From Escherichia coli (GTDB lineage Bacteria > Pseudomonadota > Gammaproteobacteria > Enterobacterales > Enterobacteriaceae), in assembly GCF_044647545.1 (NCBI RefSeq), contig NZ_CP172818.1: a stretch of DNA of 64,000 bases, one strand, 5' to 3'. Position numbers and translations under genes: made by a program. The notes under the pieces are model-generated. The model searched no databases. It saw only the letters and a program-made list of their open reading frames with translations, and was not told where the DNA came from. This document shows positions 50,901 through 60,808 of the stretch, piece by piece (within the stretch, counting starts at the first letter, position 1; every line of letters begins with the position of its first letter).

Positions 50901-52955
50901 GCCTTCATCTTCTGACCAGTTCCAGTAGTAATCGCGGCGTTCGCGAATCAGGCGCACCTGCAAGCCCGACACGGCTTTTTTTACGCCTTGCGCATCGCTA
51001 TAAACGATGTCAAAAGCGGCGTTACTGCCTTCATCAACAATGGGCTGTTTCACAGTGCTGTCAGTGCGATAATCGTAAGCCGATTTCGAGGCGAACTGCG
51101 GACGGATCCCCGGCAATGCATCGGCAGGCCAGATAGCCTGCTCAGCGCGGCGCGTCACCGGGCGACCGCCCGATTCCAGCAAACTACCCTGGAAAATAAC
51201 CTGTAATGGGGAATGCGTTTCCTTCCACTGGCTTTCTGTAGAAACTTCGCCACGCCCTTTATCATCCAGCGTCAACTGAACTTCATCCAGCGTGCGGGAA
51301 AGATTTTCGGCAGCTATCTCGCCGAATTCGAAACCAGGTAAGGCTGACACAGCTTCACGCAGTGGGCGCAGGAAAAGTTGCCCTTGCAAAATATTACCAT
51401 TAGCAGGCGCACCATACAGGTAGTACCCCACCACGGAGAATTTCACTTCATCTTTCGGCGTTAGCGGGGTTTTCTCACCGGTCAGATTCAGCGCCATGCG
51501 CTCTGGCATAAAATCTTCGACGTGGAAATCCCACATCCGGTACTGGTTATCGCCCGTGTTAGCGCGAATATGCCACATACCGGTTGCCGCATTGCTATCG
51601 AGTGGCCAGGTAAAGTGGTAGAGGCCATTCTCCGGCTGACTAACGACGCTCCTGAGTACCTGCCCGTCGGGTTTAATCACGTCTAACTTGATGGGTTGAT
51701 CGGGCAATGCTTTACCGTCTGCATCACGCAGCAAACCATTGAGGATGACCGTTTCACCCGGGCGATAAAGATCGCGCGGGCCAAACATGAAAAACTGTTT
51801 GCTATAGCCCGGCGCGCCAGCAATGTTAAATTCCGCTAAGTCCAGCGCCGGGAGTTTTAAATCGAGTAGCGTTGTCTGACCGTCTTTACGCGCCAGCAGT
51901 AATGCCGCATTTTTATCATTTTCCAGCTGCACATGCCCCTGAGCATCACTGGTTGCCTGAGTCAGAGTCTGCCCTTTCTCATTTAATAAAGAGACTTCTA
52001 TTCCTTGCTGGGCCGCGCCGTTTTCCAGACTTTGGGTAAAGATATCCAGACGATTGTGATAACGGTGAGCTGAAACGCCGATATCACTTAACGTAAACAG
52101 CGTCGCGGGATTACTGTAATCGTAACGTCCAGCCTGATTCATCACAGCCAGATACACGCCTGCCTGCTGAAGCGGTTTGATATCGCCCAGCGGCAGCAAT
52201 AATTTTTCACGGGTGTTACGCGCAGGATTGAGATCAAACCGTCCAGTGTAGACCAGATCCGCCATCTGCAGCAGTTTGTCTGACTGCCAGTTCGCCAGCG
52301 AATTGCGGTATTCCCATTGGCTAATGAAAGCGGGCAGTGATTCTGGTTTCACACGGAAGAAGTTAACATCGACATTGTTAACGTTGAGCGCCATTACCGG
52401 CAGCCCTTCAATAACTTTACCAGGTAACAACGAACCACGGCTGGCAAAACCGACGCTGGGTTGGATATCACGGGTAGTTATAGTTTTTTCGTCATCTTTA
52501 CTGAAGGTTGCGTTGTTGAGTGCTTTGACCTCCTTGCCAATAGTGACGATCAAATCACGTTTCGGTTCGAGGTGGCGTAAACGCAACTCTTTAAGATTAT
52601 CTGACAGCTCCCAGGCACCATCCACTTTGCCGCTTTTCTTATCGACGACATGGATAACGCGTGAGAAATCCTGATCCGGGTCGAGAGGAATGGAGAACGT
52701 CAGCACCAGCGTGGCTGCGCCATCAAGTTGAACTTCAGAGAGATCCAGCAATGTCAGCGCCTTACCGGCACTCTGTTGGGCCAGTTTTTGTCGCTCCGGC
52801 GCGGAAAGTTTTGCTGAACTCACGTTTTCTGAAGAGGCCGCTTTAGTAACTTCAGAAGGCGCATCTTTTTTCACCGCTGTTGGCGCGTTATCGTTGTTGT
52901 CGCACCCTGCCAGCGCCAGCATTAGCATGCAGGCGGCTACGCGTAACTTTTTCAT
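47997..52955 (-). CDS. yfhM: Alpha-2-macroglobulin family lipoprotein (protease trap)
   Basis: 1652 aa; lipobox LALAGCDNN; thioester motif GCLEQ; stop abuts pbpC start. Confidence 0.92.
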   Translation of the reverse strand: MKKLRVAACMLMLALAGCDNNDNAPTAVKKDAPSEVTKAASSENVSSAKLSAPERQKLAQQSAGKALTLLDLSEVQLDGAATLVLTFSIPLDPDQDFSRVIHVVDKKSGKVDGAWELSDNLKELRLRHLEPKRDLIVTIGKEVKALNNATFSKDDEKTITTRDIQPSVGFASRGSLLPGKVIEGLPVMALNVNNVDVNFFRVKPESLPAFISQWEYRNSLANWQSDKLLQMADLVYTGRFDLNPARNTREKLLLPLGDIKPLQQAGVYLAVMNQAGRYDYSNPATLFTLSDIGVSAHRYHNRLDIFTQSLENGAAQQGIEVSLLNEKGQTLTQATSDAQGHVQLENDKNAALLLARKDGQTTLLDLKLPALDLAEFNIAGAPGYSKQFFMFGPRDLYRPGETVILNGLLRDADGKALPDQPIKLDVIKPDGQVLRSVVSQPENGLYHFTWPLDSNAATGMWHIRANTGDNQYRMWDFHVEDFMPERMALNLTGEKTPLTPKDEVKFSVVGYYLYGAPANGNILQGQLFLRPLREAVSALPGFEFGEIAAENLSRTLDEVQLTLDDKGRGEVSTESQWKETHSPLQVIFQGSLLESGGRPVTRRAEQAIWPADALPGIRPQFASKSAYDYRTDSTVKQPIVDEGSNAAFDIVYSDAQGVKKAVSGLQVRLIRERRDYYWNWSEDEGWQSQFDQKDLIENEQTLDLKADETGKVSFPVEWGAYRLEVKAPNEAVSSVRFWAGYSWQDNSDGSGAVRPDRVTLKLDKASYRPGDTIKLHIAAPTAGKGYAMVESSEGPLWWQEIDVPAQGLDLTIPVNKTWNRHDLYLSTLVVRPGDKSRSATPKRAVGVLHLPLGDENRRLDLALETPAKMRPNQPLTVKIKASTKNGEKPKQVNVLVSAVDSGVLNITGYVTPDPWQAFFGQKRYGADIYDIYGQVIEGQGRLAALRFGGDGDELKRGGKPPVNHVNIVAQQALPVTLNEQGEGSVALPIGDFNGELRVMAQAWTADDFGSNESKVIVAAPVIAELNMPRFMASGDTSRLTLDITNLTDKPQKLNVALTASGLLELVSDSPAAVELAPGVRTTLFIPVRALTGFGDGDIQATISGLALPGETVADQHKQWKIGVRPAFPAQTVNYGTALQPGETWAIPADGLQNFSPVTLEGQLLLSGKPPLNIARYIKELKAYPYGCLEQTASGLFPSLYTNAAQLQALGIKGDSDEKRRAAVDIGISRLLQMQRDNGGFALWDKNGDEEYWLTAYVMDFLVRAGEQGYSVPTDAINRGNERLLRYLQDPGMMSIPYADNLKASKFAVQSYAALVLARQQKAPLGALREIWEHRADAASGLPLLQLGVALKTMGDATRGEEAIALALKTPRNDERKWLGDYGSPLRDNALMLSLLEENKLLPDEQNTLLNTLSQQAFGERWLSTQESNALFLAARTVQDLPGKWQAQTSFSAEPLTGEKTLNSNLNSDQLATLQVTNSGDQPLWLRVDASGYPQSAPLPANNVLQIERHILGTDGKSKSLDSLRSGDLVLVWLQVKASNSVPDALVVDLLPAGLELENQNLANGSASLEQSGGEVQNLLNQMQQASIKHIEFRDDRFVAAVAVDEYQPVTLVYLARAVTPGTYQVPQPMVESMYVPQWRATGAAEDLLIVRP

Positions 52956-53161
52956 TTTTCATCCCTGCCACAATGGCCCGTTAGCAACGTCGAATAATTA
53001 TTATGCGTGAGAATTTACGTTATGTAATTCAGTATCACGCCCATACAATCCGAATTTTAGTGAGAATTGTGGCTCAGACAGCCAAATCAGCCTCTTTTGC
53101 TTGTCGCTTTTCACTAAACATCCGACAATTTAGCCTAACCCCGGCAAAAATGGAGATGCCT

Positions 53162-54007
53162 ATGTCCACGACATGGTTTGTAGGAGCCGACTGGCTCGCC
53201 GAACATATTGATGACCCGGAAATTCAGATTATCGATGCCCGCATGGCGTCGCCTGGACAGGAAGATCGTAACGTTGCTCAGGAGTATCTGAATGGACATA
53301 TTCCCGGCGCAGTGTTTTTTGATATCGAAGCGCTTTCTGATCACACTTCCCCGCTTCCGCACATGCTGCCGCGCCCGGAAACGTTCGCCGTGGCGATGCG
53401 TGAGTTAGGCGTTAACCAGGATAAGCACCTGATTGTCTATGACGAAGGTAATCTTTTCTCAGCCCCACGAGCATGGTGGATGCTGCGCACCTTTGGTGTA
53501 GAGAAAGTGTCGATTCTGGGGGGTGGACTTGCAGGCTGGCAGCGCGATGTTCTGCTGTTAGAAGAAGGTGCAGTAGAGCTGCCGGAAGGAGAGTTTAACG
53601 CCACGTTTAATCCTGAAGCCGTGGTGAAAGTCACCGATGTGTTATTGGCAAGCCATGAAAATACGGCGCAAATTATTGATGCCCGCCCGGCTGCACGTTT
53701 TAACGCAGAAGTTGATGAACCTCGCCCAGGTTTACGTCGCGGACATATTCCCGGTGCATTGAACGTTCCGTGGACGGAACTGGTGCGCGAAGGCGAATTA
53801 AAAACGACCGATGAACTGGATGCGATATTTTTTGGTCGCGGCGTCAGCTATGACAAACCGATTATCGTCAGCTGCGGCTCTGGTGTAACGGCAGCCGTGG
53901 TTTTGTTGGCACTCGCGACGCTGGATGTGCCAAACGTGAAACTGTACGACGGCGCATGGAGTGAATGGGGCGCACGGGCAGATTTACCGGTTGAGCCATT
54001 GAAATAA
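53162..54007 (+). CDS. sseA: 3-mercaptopyruvate sulfurtransferase (tandem rhodanese)
   Basis: 281 aa from ATG 53162 (MSTTWFVGADWLAEH...); catalytic Cys in CGSGVTA. Confidence 0.92.
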   Translation: MSTTWFVGADWLAEHIDDPEIQIIDARMASPGQEDRNVAQEYLNGHIPGAVFFDIEALSDHTSPLPHMLPRPETFAVAMRELGVNQDKHLIVYDEGNLFSAPRAWWMLRTFGVEKVSILGGGLAGWQRDVLLLEEGAVELPEGEFNATFNPEAVVKVTDVLLASHENTAQIIDARPAARFNAEVDEPRPGLRRGHIPGALNVPWTELVREGELKTTDELDAIFFGRGVSYDKPIIVSCGSGVTAAVVLLALATLDVPNVKLYDGAWSEWGARADLPVEPLK

Positions 54008-54023
54008 GCTTTTTACAGGCAAT

Positions 54024-54051
54024 AAAAAACCGCCGAATTTGGCGGTTTTTT
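54024..54051. terminator. sseA terminator hairpin (copy 1 of a duplicated hairpin)
   Basis: aaaaaaccgcc-gaattt-ggcggtttttt; an about 80% identical copy recurs at 54295-54325. Confidence 0.7.
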
Positions 54052-54294
54052 ATTGCTGGTCTGTTCCCTCAATATACCAAACACCCACGACACAAACTCC
54101 TAACCTCTTTCAACAAAAAATTTCTTTATTATATCCACTGCGGCCCTTTCCGCCAACTTAAAAAATGTTCGGTAATAAAATAACCTGGCTTATTAGTCCG
54201 AATTCGGACAAATATAAACAAATCAGCTCAATATTAAAAATACTAATCGGTAAAAGATATTACTTAAACGTGTAAATTCACTTTCTTTAAACAA

Positions 54295-54325
54295 CAAAAA
54301 ACCGCCAAAATCAGGCGGTTTTTTG
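54295..54325. repeat. Second copy of the A-run/hairpin/T-run element (terminator-like)
   Basis: aaaaaaccgcc-aaaatcag-ggcggtttttt followed by gttgctggt, as after copy 1. Confidence 0.6.
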
Positions 54326-54474
54326 TTGCTGGTTTGGTTCGCGGCCTTTCCAGCAGATTGGCTTGTGTTGCATGAGCAACGCAGGTGCTTCACAGCAAAG
54401 CAATACTCGCCAGTAACTCTCTTTTTGTCAAGCGAAAGAGAGTAATCATTGTTTATTTAGCGTATTATCGACAC

Positions 54475-54780
54475 CGGCCCTTTCCGCCGTCTCGCAAACG
54501 GGCGCTGGCTTAAGGAAAGGATGTTCCATGGCCGTAAATGCAGGTGTTTCACAGCGCTTGCTATCGCGGCAATATCGCCAGTGGTGCTGTCGTGATGCGG
54601 TCTTCGCATGGACCGCACAATGAAGATACGGAGCTTTTGTATCGTACTTATTGTTTCTGGTGCGCTGTTAACCGAGGTAAATAATAACCGGAGTCTCTCC
54701 GGCAACAATTTATTGGTGGTTAACAACCTTCAGAACAGCAGGTAAGCCCGAATGCCGCCCTTTGGGGCGGCATATTTTAG
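54475..54780 (+). ncRNA. ryfA: ryfA-like small RNA / small-protein mRNA (boundaries approximate)
   Basis: -10-like TATTAT at 54463-54468; transcript would run to the terminator atgccgccc-tttg-gggcggcat + T-tract at 54752-54780; about 305 nt; position between sseA and sseB. Confidence 0.45.
54521..54595 (+). CDS. Candidate 24-aa hydrophobic small protein within the ryfA-like transcript (type-I toxin-like)
   Basis: Strong SD AAGGAAAGG directly upstream of ATG; MFHGRKCRCFTALAIAAISPVVLS*. Alternative ORF 54620..54745 (41 aa, MKIRSFCIVLIVSGALL...) has no obvious SD. Confidence 0.3.
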   Translation: MFHGRKCRCFTALAIAAISPVVLS

Positions 54781-55553
54781 ATTATCCGGTTCTGTTTAAA
54801 GTCACGCAAAAAACCACCCCAGCGACGTTCATAGAATGGCACAATATGTTCGGTAATAAAGTGGCTAATTCCTTTTTCCCCTTTTTTCACCTGACAAATA
54901 TCGATGGGTTCATCGCCAGGTAATGTATCGGTCGCTACACTTCCCGCCGCCTGAATAATTTCTTCGATATCACCATCGGCTTCAATGCCAATAAGTAAAT
55001 TAGGCTGTGCCTCTTTGTTCTCTTTAATTGAACAAATAAAAGCACGCTTCACCGGCTTAATAGTTTTAAATAAGGTGGTGAGAGAATCAATCATTTGTGC
55101 TGGTGGCTCTGCGACTTCCGATAATATCAGCGATTCACCGCCCTCCAGTACTTCCTGGCTGCTCAGCGGATTTCCTTCTTCACCAATCAACAAACTGATT
55201 TCACGCGGCATAAATTCTTTACCGGTTGGCAGTTTGGCATTAAGGAAGAGCGTTTCGCCAAGGGTCATCTCAAACAATGTGCGAACGGGCATTACGACAA
55301 ATGCCTGTTCGTCTTCAACCGCCTGTTGAAGTGCTTCTAACGAGGTAAAAAAAGGAATGACGCTGGTGCCGTCTTCTTTTTCCCAGTGCTGTAAATCAAG
55401 CGCGCTATCTTCAACCACAGCCTCGCCCTGCGCCGCCGTACCCGGCACCCAGACGGTGGATTCCAGTAGAGTACGGAAAAAGGCCGGGCGGTGCGCCGGT
55501 TCGGTTGCTGCTTTTTCCAGCAGGTCTTCAAGTTCATTTTTTGTTTCGGACAT
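54777..55553 (-). CDS. sseB: Protein SseB (enhanced serine sensitivity)
   Basis: 258 aa from ATG at 55553 (MSETKNELEDLLEKAATEP...); stop overlaps ryfA-like terminator. Confidence 0.88.
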   Translation of the reverse strand: MSETKNELEDLLEKAATEPAHRPAFFRTLLESTVWVPGTAAQGEAVVEDSALDLQHWEKEDGTSVIPFFTSLEALQQAVEDEQAFVVMPVRTLFEMTLGETLFLNAKLPTGKEFMPREISLLIGEEGNPLSSQEVLEGGESLILSEVAEPPAQMIDSLTTLFKTIKPVKRAFICSIKENKEAQPNLLIGIEADGDIEEIIQAAGSVATDTLPGDEPIDICQVKKGEKGISHFITEHIVPFYERRWGGFLRDFKQNRII

Positions 55554-55695
55554 AAGAACCACAATTCATTCAACGTTCGGGGCACAAGTGCCTGATGCGC
55601 CATACTTATCAGGCCTACAAGGGATTCACAATTTGTTGAATTTGCAATACTTTGTAGGCCGGATATGGCGTTTACGCCGCATCCGGCATATTAGT

Positions 55696-56979
55696 TTACG
55701 CCGTTAACAGATTAGCAATCGTGCGCACACCAAGTCCCGTAGCACCCGCAGACCACTGTTCAACCGGCGCTTTACGGTAAGTCGCCGAGCAGTCGATATG
55801 CAGCCAGCCTTGCTGATAGTTCTCAACAAAGTGCGACAGGAAGCCCGCCGCCGTGCTCGCGCCTGCCGGGTACGCCGCGCTTCCGGTATTGTTCAGTTCG
55901 GCAAAGTTAGACGGCAGCTGGCTGCGGTGGAACTCCGCCAGCGGCAGACGCCAGAACGGTTCATTCTCCTGCGCGGCACTCGCCAGCAAGCGACCGGCAA
56001 GCGCATCGTCAAAACTGAACAGCGCGTGATAATCATTACCCAGCGCAGTTTTCGCCGCCCCGGTGAGGGTCGCCGCATCAATGATCAGTTCCGGTTTCTG
56101 CGCACTGGCATCAATCAGGCCATCGGCCAGCACCAGACGCCCTTCCGCATCAGTGTTCATCACTTCAACTTTTTTACCGTTGCGATAGGTAATAATATCG
56201 CCCAGTTTGAACGCGTTGCCGCTGATCAGGTTATCCGCACAGCAGAGGAACAGCTTCACGCGCTTGTTCAGTCCGCGCGTAATGGCAAACGCCAGCGCCC
56301 CGGTAACCGTTGCCGCGCCGCCCATGTCCGACTTCATCGAGTCCATAAATGCGGTCTGTTTGATGCTGTAGCCGCCGGAGTCAAAAGTGATGCCTTTACC
56401 AACCAGGCACGCGTACACTGGCGCTTCTTTATCGCCAGTTGGGTTGTAATCCAGCGCCAGCAATACCGGAGAACGTTCTGAACCGCGTCCGACGGTGTGC
56501 AGCCCCATATAACCTTGATCACGCAGATCTTCGCCTTTGGTGATCCGGTAAGTCACACAATCGCCCGCGACATTGCTGATCAGATCAACAGCACGCTGTG
56601 CCAGTTGCGATGGCCCCAGTTCTTCTGCCGGTGCGTTGATGGTGTCACGCACCCAGTCGATGATCATCAGGCGGTTATCCAGTTCCTGGCGCTGGGCATC
56701 GTCCAGATCCGGCCACTCCACTTTACGCGTGCCTTTCGGGGCTTTGTAACCTTGCCAGAATGCCCAGCAGCGATCCGCATCCCAGCCTTCTCCGCTTAGC
56801 TGAACATGCTTGATGCCCAGACCATCAATCTTGCGCGCCGCACGCTGGATAAGCCCCAGATCGTCTGCCCCGTTCAAATGCAGGGTAATGCCATCATTAT
56901 TAATGCTGTAAGTTGCTTTTTCTCCCCAGCGCGCATCGGCAGGTTGGATAGAGAGGGTAATTTTCATCGCTTCTGTCAT
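55696..56979 (-). CDS. pepB: Peptidase B (M17 leucyl aminopeptidase family)
   Basis: 427 aa from ATG at 56979 ([10 protein letters not shown]...); M17 signature NTDAEGRL. Confidence 0.94.
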   Translation of the reverse strand: MTEAMKITLSIQPADARWGEKATYSINNDGITLHLNGADDLGLIQRAARKIDGLGIKHVQLSGEGWDADRCWAFWQGYKAPKGTRKVEWPDLDDAQRQELDNRLMIIDWVRDTINAPAEELGPSQLAQRAVDLISNVAGDCVTYRITKGEDLRDQGYMGLHTVGRGSERSPVLLALDYNPTGDKEAPVYACLVGKGITFDSGGYSIKQTAFMDSMKSDMGGAATVTGALAFAITRGLNKRVKLFLCCADNLISGNAFKLGDIITYRNGKKVEVMNTDAEGRLVLADGLIDASAQKPELIIDAATLTGAAKTALGNDYHALFSFDDALAGRLLASAAQENEPFWRLPLAEFHRSQLPSNFAELNNTGSAAYPAGASTAAGFLSHFVENYQQGWLHIDCSATYRKAPVEQWSAGATGLGVRTIANLLTA

Positions 56980-57027
56980 TTTAGTTATCCTTATTCGTTT
57001 AACGCAAAACGGGTCCCCCCAGCCCAT

Positions 57028-57228
57028 TTACTCGGCCTCGTCAAGCCAGACCAACAAAATCGCTTCGAGGATTTTTTCGTTGGATGCCTGCGGGTCGTCG
57101 TCGAAATCTTCCAGATCGCAAATCCACTGATGCATATCGGTGAATCGAACCGTTTTCGGATCAAGATCGGGATACGCATCGTACAGTGCTTCGCCAATTT
57201 CGCGGCTATCGGTCCACTTAAGTCCCAT
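57028..57228 (-). CDS. iscX: Fe-S cluster assembly protein IscX
   Basis: 66-aa acidic ORF ([24 protein letters not shown]...). Confidence 0.92.
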
Positions 57229-57239
57229 ACTAACCTCTG

Positions 57240-57575
57240 TTAATGCTCACGCGCATGGTTGATAGTGTAACGCGGGATTTCGACCACTAAATCTTCGTCG
57301 GTAACGCGCGCCTGGCAGCTTAAACGGCTTTCCGGCTCCAGTCCCCAGGCTTTGTCCAGCATGTCGTCTTCCTGCTCTGAGCTTTCCGGCAGCGAGTCAA
57401 AACCTTCACGAACGATGCAGTGGCAGGTGGTGCAAGCACAGGATTTTTCACAGGCGTGTTCAATCTCGATACCGTTACGCAGCGCAACGTCGAGAATGGT
57501 TTCACCACTATTCGCTTCCAGAACAGCGCCATCAGGGCAGAGATCCTGATGAGGCAAAATAACAATCTTTGGCAT
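57240..57575 (-). CDS. fdx: [2Fe-2S] ferredoxin of the isc system
   Basis: 111 aa; Cys ligands in [12 protein letters not shown]. Confidence 0.94.
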
Positions 57576-57576
57576 A

Positions 57577-59427
57577 TTAAACCTCGTCCACGGAATGGCC
57601 TTTCAGCGCACGACGAACCGACTGGTCCATGCGGCGAGCGGCGAAATCCTGGGTTTGTTTGTCTACGTTTTTAATCGCTTGTTCGATGGCGTCAACATCA
57701 TCGCCCTGCGCCACTTCACTCAGGTGAGCGGCAGCATCGTCGATATCCTGACGTTCTGCGGCGCTTAACAGCGCGGCATCAGCAGCCAGCGCGCCGTGCA
57801 GACTTTCCAGCACACGCGCCGCTTCTACTTTTTGTTCTGCCAGCATACGGGCTTTTACGTCCTGCTCGGCATAGCTCATTGAGTCTTTGATCATCGAAGC
57901 GATTTCGCTATCGGTCAGACCGTAAGACGGTTTGACCTGAATAGACGCCTCAACGCCGGTGGATTTCTCCATCGCCGTCACGCTCAAAAGACCGTCGGCA
58001 TCGACCTGGAACGTTACGCGAATATGCGCGCCGCCAGCCGGTAGCGCCGGGATACCACGCAGTGCAAAACGCGCCAGCGAGCGGCAGTCCTGCACCAGTT
58101 CACGTTCACCCTGCATCACATGGATAGACATTGCCGTCTGACCATCTTTAAAGGTGGTGAAATCCTGGGCGCGGGCCACCGGAATCGTGGTATTACGCGG
58201 GATCACTTTCTCCACCAGGCCGCCCATGGTCTCGAGGCCCAGCGACAGCGGGATCACATCCAGCAACAGCATTTCGCTGTCCGGCTTGTTACCCACCAGA
58301 ATATCCGCCTGAATCGCCGCGCCAATAGCGACGACTTTATCCGGGTCGATAGAAGTCAGCGGTGGACGACCGAAAAATTCGCCTACTCGTTCACGCACCA
58401 GCGGCACGCGAGTAGAACCGCCCACCATCACCACTTCCAGCACTTCATCAGCTTCTACGCCCGCATCTTTCAGCGCGCGACGACAAGCCAGTAAGGTTCG
58501 TTTTACCAGTGGCGCGATCAGTTCATTGAATTGTTCACGGCTGATTTCGCCCTGCCAGCCCGCAACGTTAACGGTCACAGAGTCCGCATCGCTCAGCGCG
58601 ATTTTGGCTGCAATGGCGGCATCCAGCAGTTCACGCTGAACGCGGTTATCGCTACGATCAGGAATGCCCGCCTGCTCGCGAATATAATCCGCCAGCAGAT
58701 GGTCGAAATCATCGCCGCCGAGCGCGGAATCACCGCCGGTTGCCAGCACTTCAAACACGCCGCGACTTAAGCGCAGAATGGAAATATCAAACGTCCCGCC
58801 ACCGAGGTCATAAACGGCGATCACGCCTTCCTGACCGGAATCCAGCCCGTAGGCGATAGCCGCAGCGGTCGGTTCGTTAAGTAAGCGCAGGACGTGAAGG
58901 CCCGCCAGACGCGCCGCGTCTTTGGTGCCCTGACGCTGGGCATCGTCAAAGTACGCCGGAACGGTGATAACTACACCATCCAGCTCGCCTGCCAGGGCTT
59001 CAGTTGCCCGCGCCGCCAGTGCTTTGAGGATGTCCGCAGAAACGCGCACCGGGTTCAGCAGTCCTGCCGCCGTTTCAATCATCGGAAGGCCGTTTTCGCT
59101 GGCCTGGAATTGATAAGGCAGATGTGGATAGCGTTGCTGGATATCAGCCAGCGAGCGCCCCATCAGGCGTTTAACAGAACTAATGGTGTTGGCGGTGTCG
59201 AGCGCTGCGTTAGTACGCGCGTCATAACCCACCGAATGCCCTTGCTGTTGATAGTGAACAACAGATGGCAGCAGGTGACGGCCTTCATGGTCGGCTAACG
59301 TTTCGGCCTGACCGCTGCGCACTGTCGCCACCAGCGAGTTGGTTGTGCCCAGGTCGATACCGGCCGCCAGACGACGCTGATGCGGCGCAGCACTCAAACC
59401 AGGTTCACTAATTTGTAATAAGGCCAT
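57577..59427 (-). CDS. hscA: Hsp70-type Fe-S cluster chaperone HscA
   Basis: 616 aa from ATG at 59427 ([17 protein letters not shown]...); Hsp70 signatures [16 protein letters not shown]. Confidence 0.95.
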   Translation of the reverse strand: MALLQISEPGLSAAPHQRRLAAGIDLGTTNSLVATVRSGQAETLADHEGRHLLPSVVHYQQQGHSVGYDARTNAALDTANTISSVKRLMGRSLADIQQRYPHLPYQFQASENGLPMIETAAGLLNPVRVSADILKALAARATEALAGELDGVVITVPAYFDDAQRQGTKDAARLAGLHVLRLLNEPTAAAIAYGLDSGQEGVIAVYDLGGGTFDISILRLSRGVFEVLATGGDSALGGDDFDHLLADYIREQAGIPDRSDNRVQRELLDAAIAAKIALSDADSVTVNVAGWQGEISREQFNELIAPLVKRTLLACRRALKDAGVEADEVLEVVMVGGSTRVPLVRERVGEFFGRPPLTSIDPDKVVAIGAAIQADILVGNKPDSEMLLLDVIPLSLGLETMGGLVEKVIPRNTTIPVARAQDFTTFKDGQTAMSIHVMQGERELVQDCRSLARFALRGIPALPAGGAHIRVTFQVDADGLLSVTAMEKSTGVEASIQVKPSYGLTDSEIASMIKDSMSYAEQDVKARMLAEQKVEAARVLESLHGALAADAALLSAAERQDIDDAAAHLSEVAQGDDVDAIEQAIKNVDKQTQDFAARRMDQSVRRALKGHSVDEV

Positions 59428-59443
59428 GTTTAGCTTCCAGAAA

Positions 59444-59959
59444 TTAAAAATCGAGCAGTTTTTCTTCGAGTTGTTCGGCACTGCTTCGCAGTTTATCGAG
59501 AAAACGCAGCTTACGCACGGTATCCGCCGCCGCGTCCCACGTCTCGTTGTCTAACTGTTCAACCATCAACTGATGGCGGGTATCAAACATCTTTTTCACA
59601 CGTTTGATAAAGCTTTCCAGCCGCGCTTCATCTTTCGCCTGTTCGATCTCGTCCAGTTCTTCGCGCAGTTCCAGCTGTTCCATCAGGAACGCGGTGTCGC
59701 GCACAGTATGCTGCTCGCTGGCGAGATCAAAACCGTGCAAAGAAAGTAAATATTCCGCGCGCATTAACGGATGACGCAGCGTTTGCCAGGCCTGGTTAAT
59801 GGTTGCAGATTGCTGTACGGCGGCGAGTTGTTCCGCCTGGCTTCCGCTGGCGAATTTATCAGGATGATACTGACGTTGTAGATCCTGAAAACGCAGGCTC
59901 AGTGCCTGGGTATCGAGTTGATAACGGGCAGGCAAGCCAAAGAGGGTGAAGTAATCCAT
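59444..59959 (-). CDS. hscB: J-type co-chaperone HscB
   Basis: 171 aa; J-domain HPD motif (YHPDKF). Confidence 0.94.
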   Translation of the reverse strand: MDYFTLFGLPARYQLDTQALSLRFQDLQRQYHPDKFASGSQAEQLAAVQQSATINQAWQTLRHPLMRAEYLLSLHGFDLASEQHTVRDTAFLMEQLELREELDEIEQAKDEARLESFIKRVKKMFDTRHQLMVEQLDNETWDAAADTVRKLRFLDKLRSSAEQLEEKLLDF

Positions 59960-60054
59960 AACATTCTCAGGGCTGCGATCCGCCGCGATAACGGCGAATC
60001 AGGTAAAACAAACCCCACGCGCAGGCGACCACGGTGGGGTTATCGGTATGCGCA

Positions 60055-60378
60055 TCAAACGTGGAAGCTTTCGCCGCAACCACACTCATCTTTGACGTTC
60101 GGGTTAGTGAATTTAAACCCTTCGTTCAGGCCTTCTTTTACGAAGTCCAGCTGCGTACCGTCCAGAAATTGCAGGCTTTTGCCATCGACCACGACTTTCA
60201 CGCCTTTGTCTTCAAACACGATGTCTTCCGGCGTCGGTTCGTCAACAAATTCCAGTACATAAGCCATACCTGAACATCCGGAGGTTCTCACGCCCAGACG
60301 CAGGCCAAACCCTTTGCCGCGGTTAGCCAGAAAGGTATTTACTCGCGCTGCTGCACTGTCGCTCAGTGTAATCGACAT
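60055..60378 (-). CDS. iscA: A-type Fe-S cluster carrier IscA
   Basis: 107 aa from ATG at 60378; C-terminal CGCGESF. Confidence 0.94.
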   Translation of the reverse strand: MSITLSDSAAARVNTFLANRGKGFGLRLGVRTSGCSGMAYVLEFVDEPTPEDIVFEDKGVKVVVDGKSLQFLDGTQLDFVKEGLNEGFKFTNPNVKDECGCGESFHV

Positions 60379-60394
60379 AACCAAACCTCAACTC

Positions 60395-60781
60395 TTATTT
60401 TGCTTCACGTTTGCTTTTATAGTCCGCAATGGCGGCTTTGATCGCGTCTTCTGCCAGAATAGAACAGTGAATTTTCACCGGCGGCAGTTCAAGTTCTTCA
60501 GCAATATCGGTGTTTTTGATCGCCTGCGCTTCGTCGAGAGACTTCCCTTTCACCCATTCGGTGACCAGGGAGCTGGAAGCGATAGCAGAACCGCAGCCGT
60601 AAGTTTTAAAACGCGCGTCTTCAATGATACCTTCATCGTTGACTTTAATCTGCAACTTCATCACGTCGCCACAGGCCGGTGCACCCACCATGCCGCTGCC
60701 GACGTTCTCGTCGTTGTTGTCAAAGGAACCCACGTTACGCGGATTCTCGTAATGGTCGATAACTTTTTCGCTGTAAGCCAT
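60395..60781 (-). CDS. iscU: Fe-S cluster scaffold IscU
   Basis: 128 aa; conserved Cys (GAPACGDVMK, YGCGSAIAS, IHCSILAED) and LPPVK motif. Confidence 0.95.
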   Translation of the reverse strand: MAYSEKVIDHYENPRNVGSFDNNDENVGSGMVGAPACGDVMKLQIKVNDEGIIEDARFKTYGCGSAIASSSLVTEWVKGKSLDEAQAIKNTDIAEELELPPVKIHCSILAEDAIKAAIADYKSKREAK

Positions 60782-60808
60782 TATAAATTCTCCTGATTCC
60801 GATACCGA

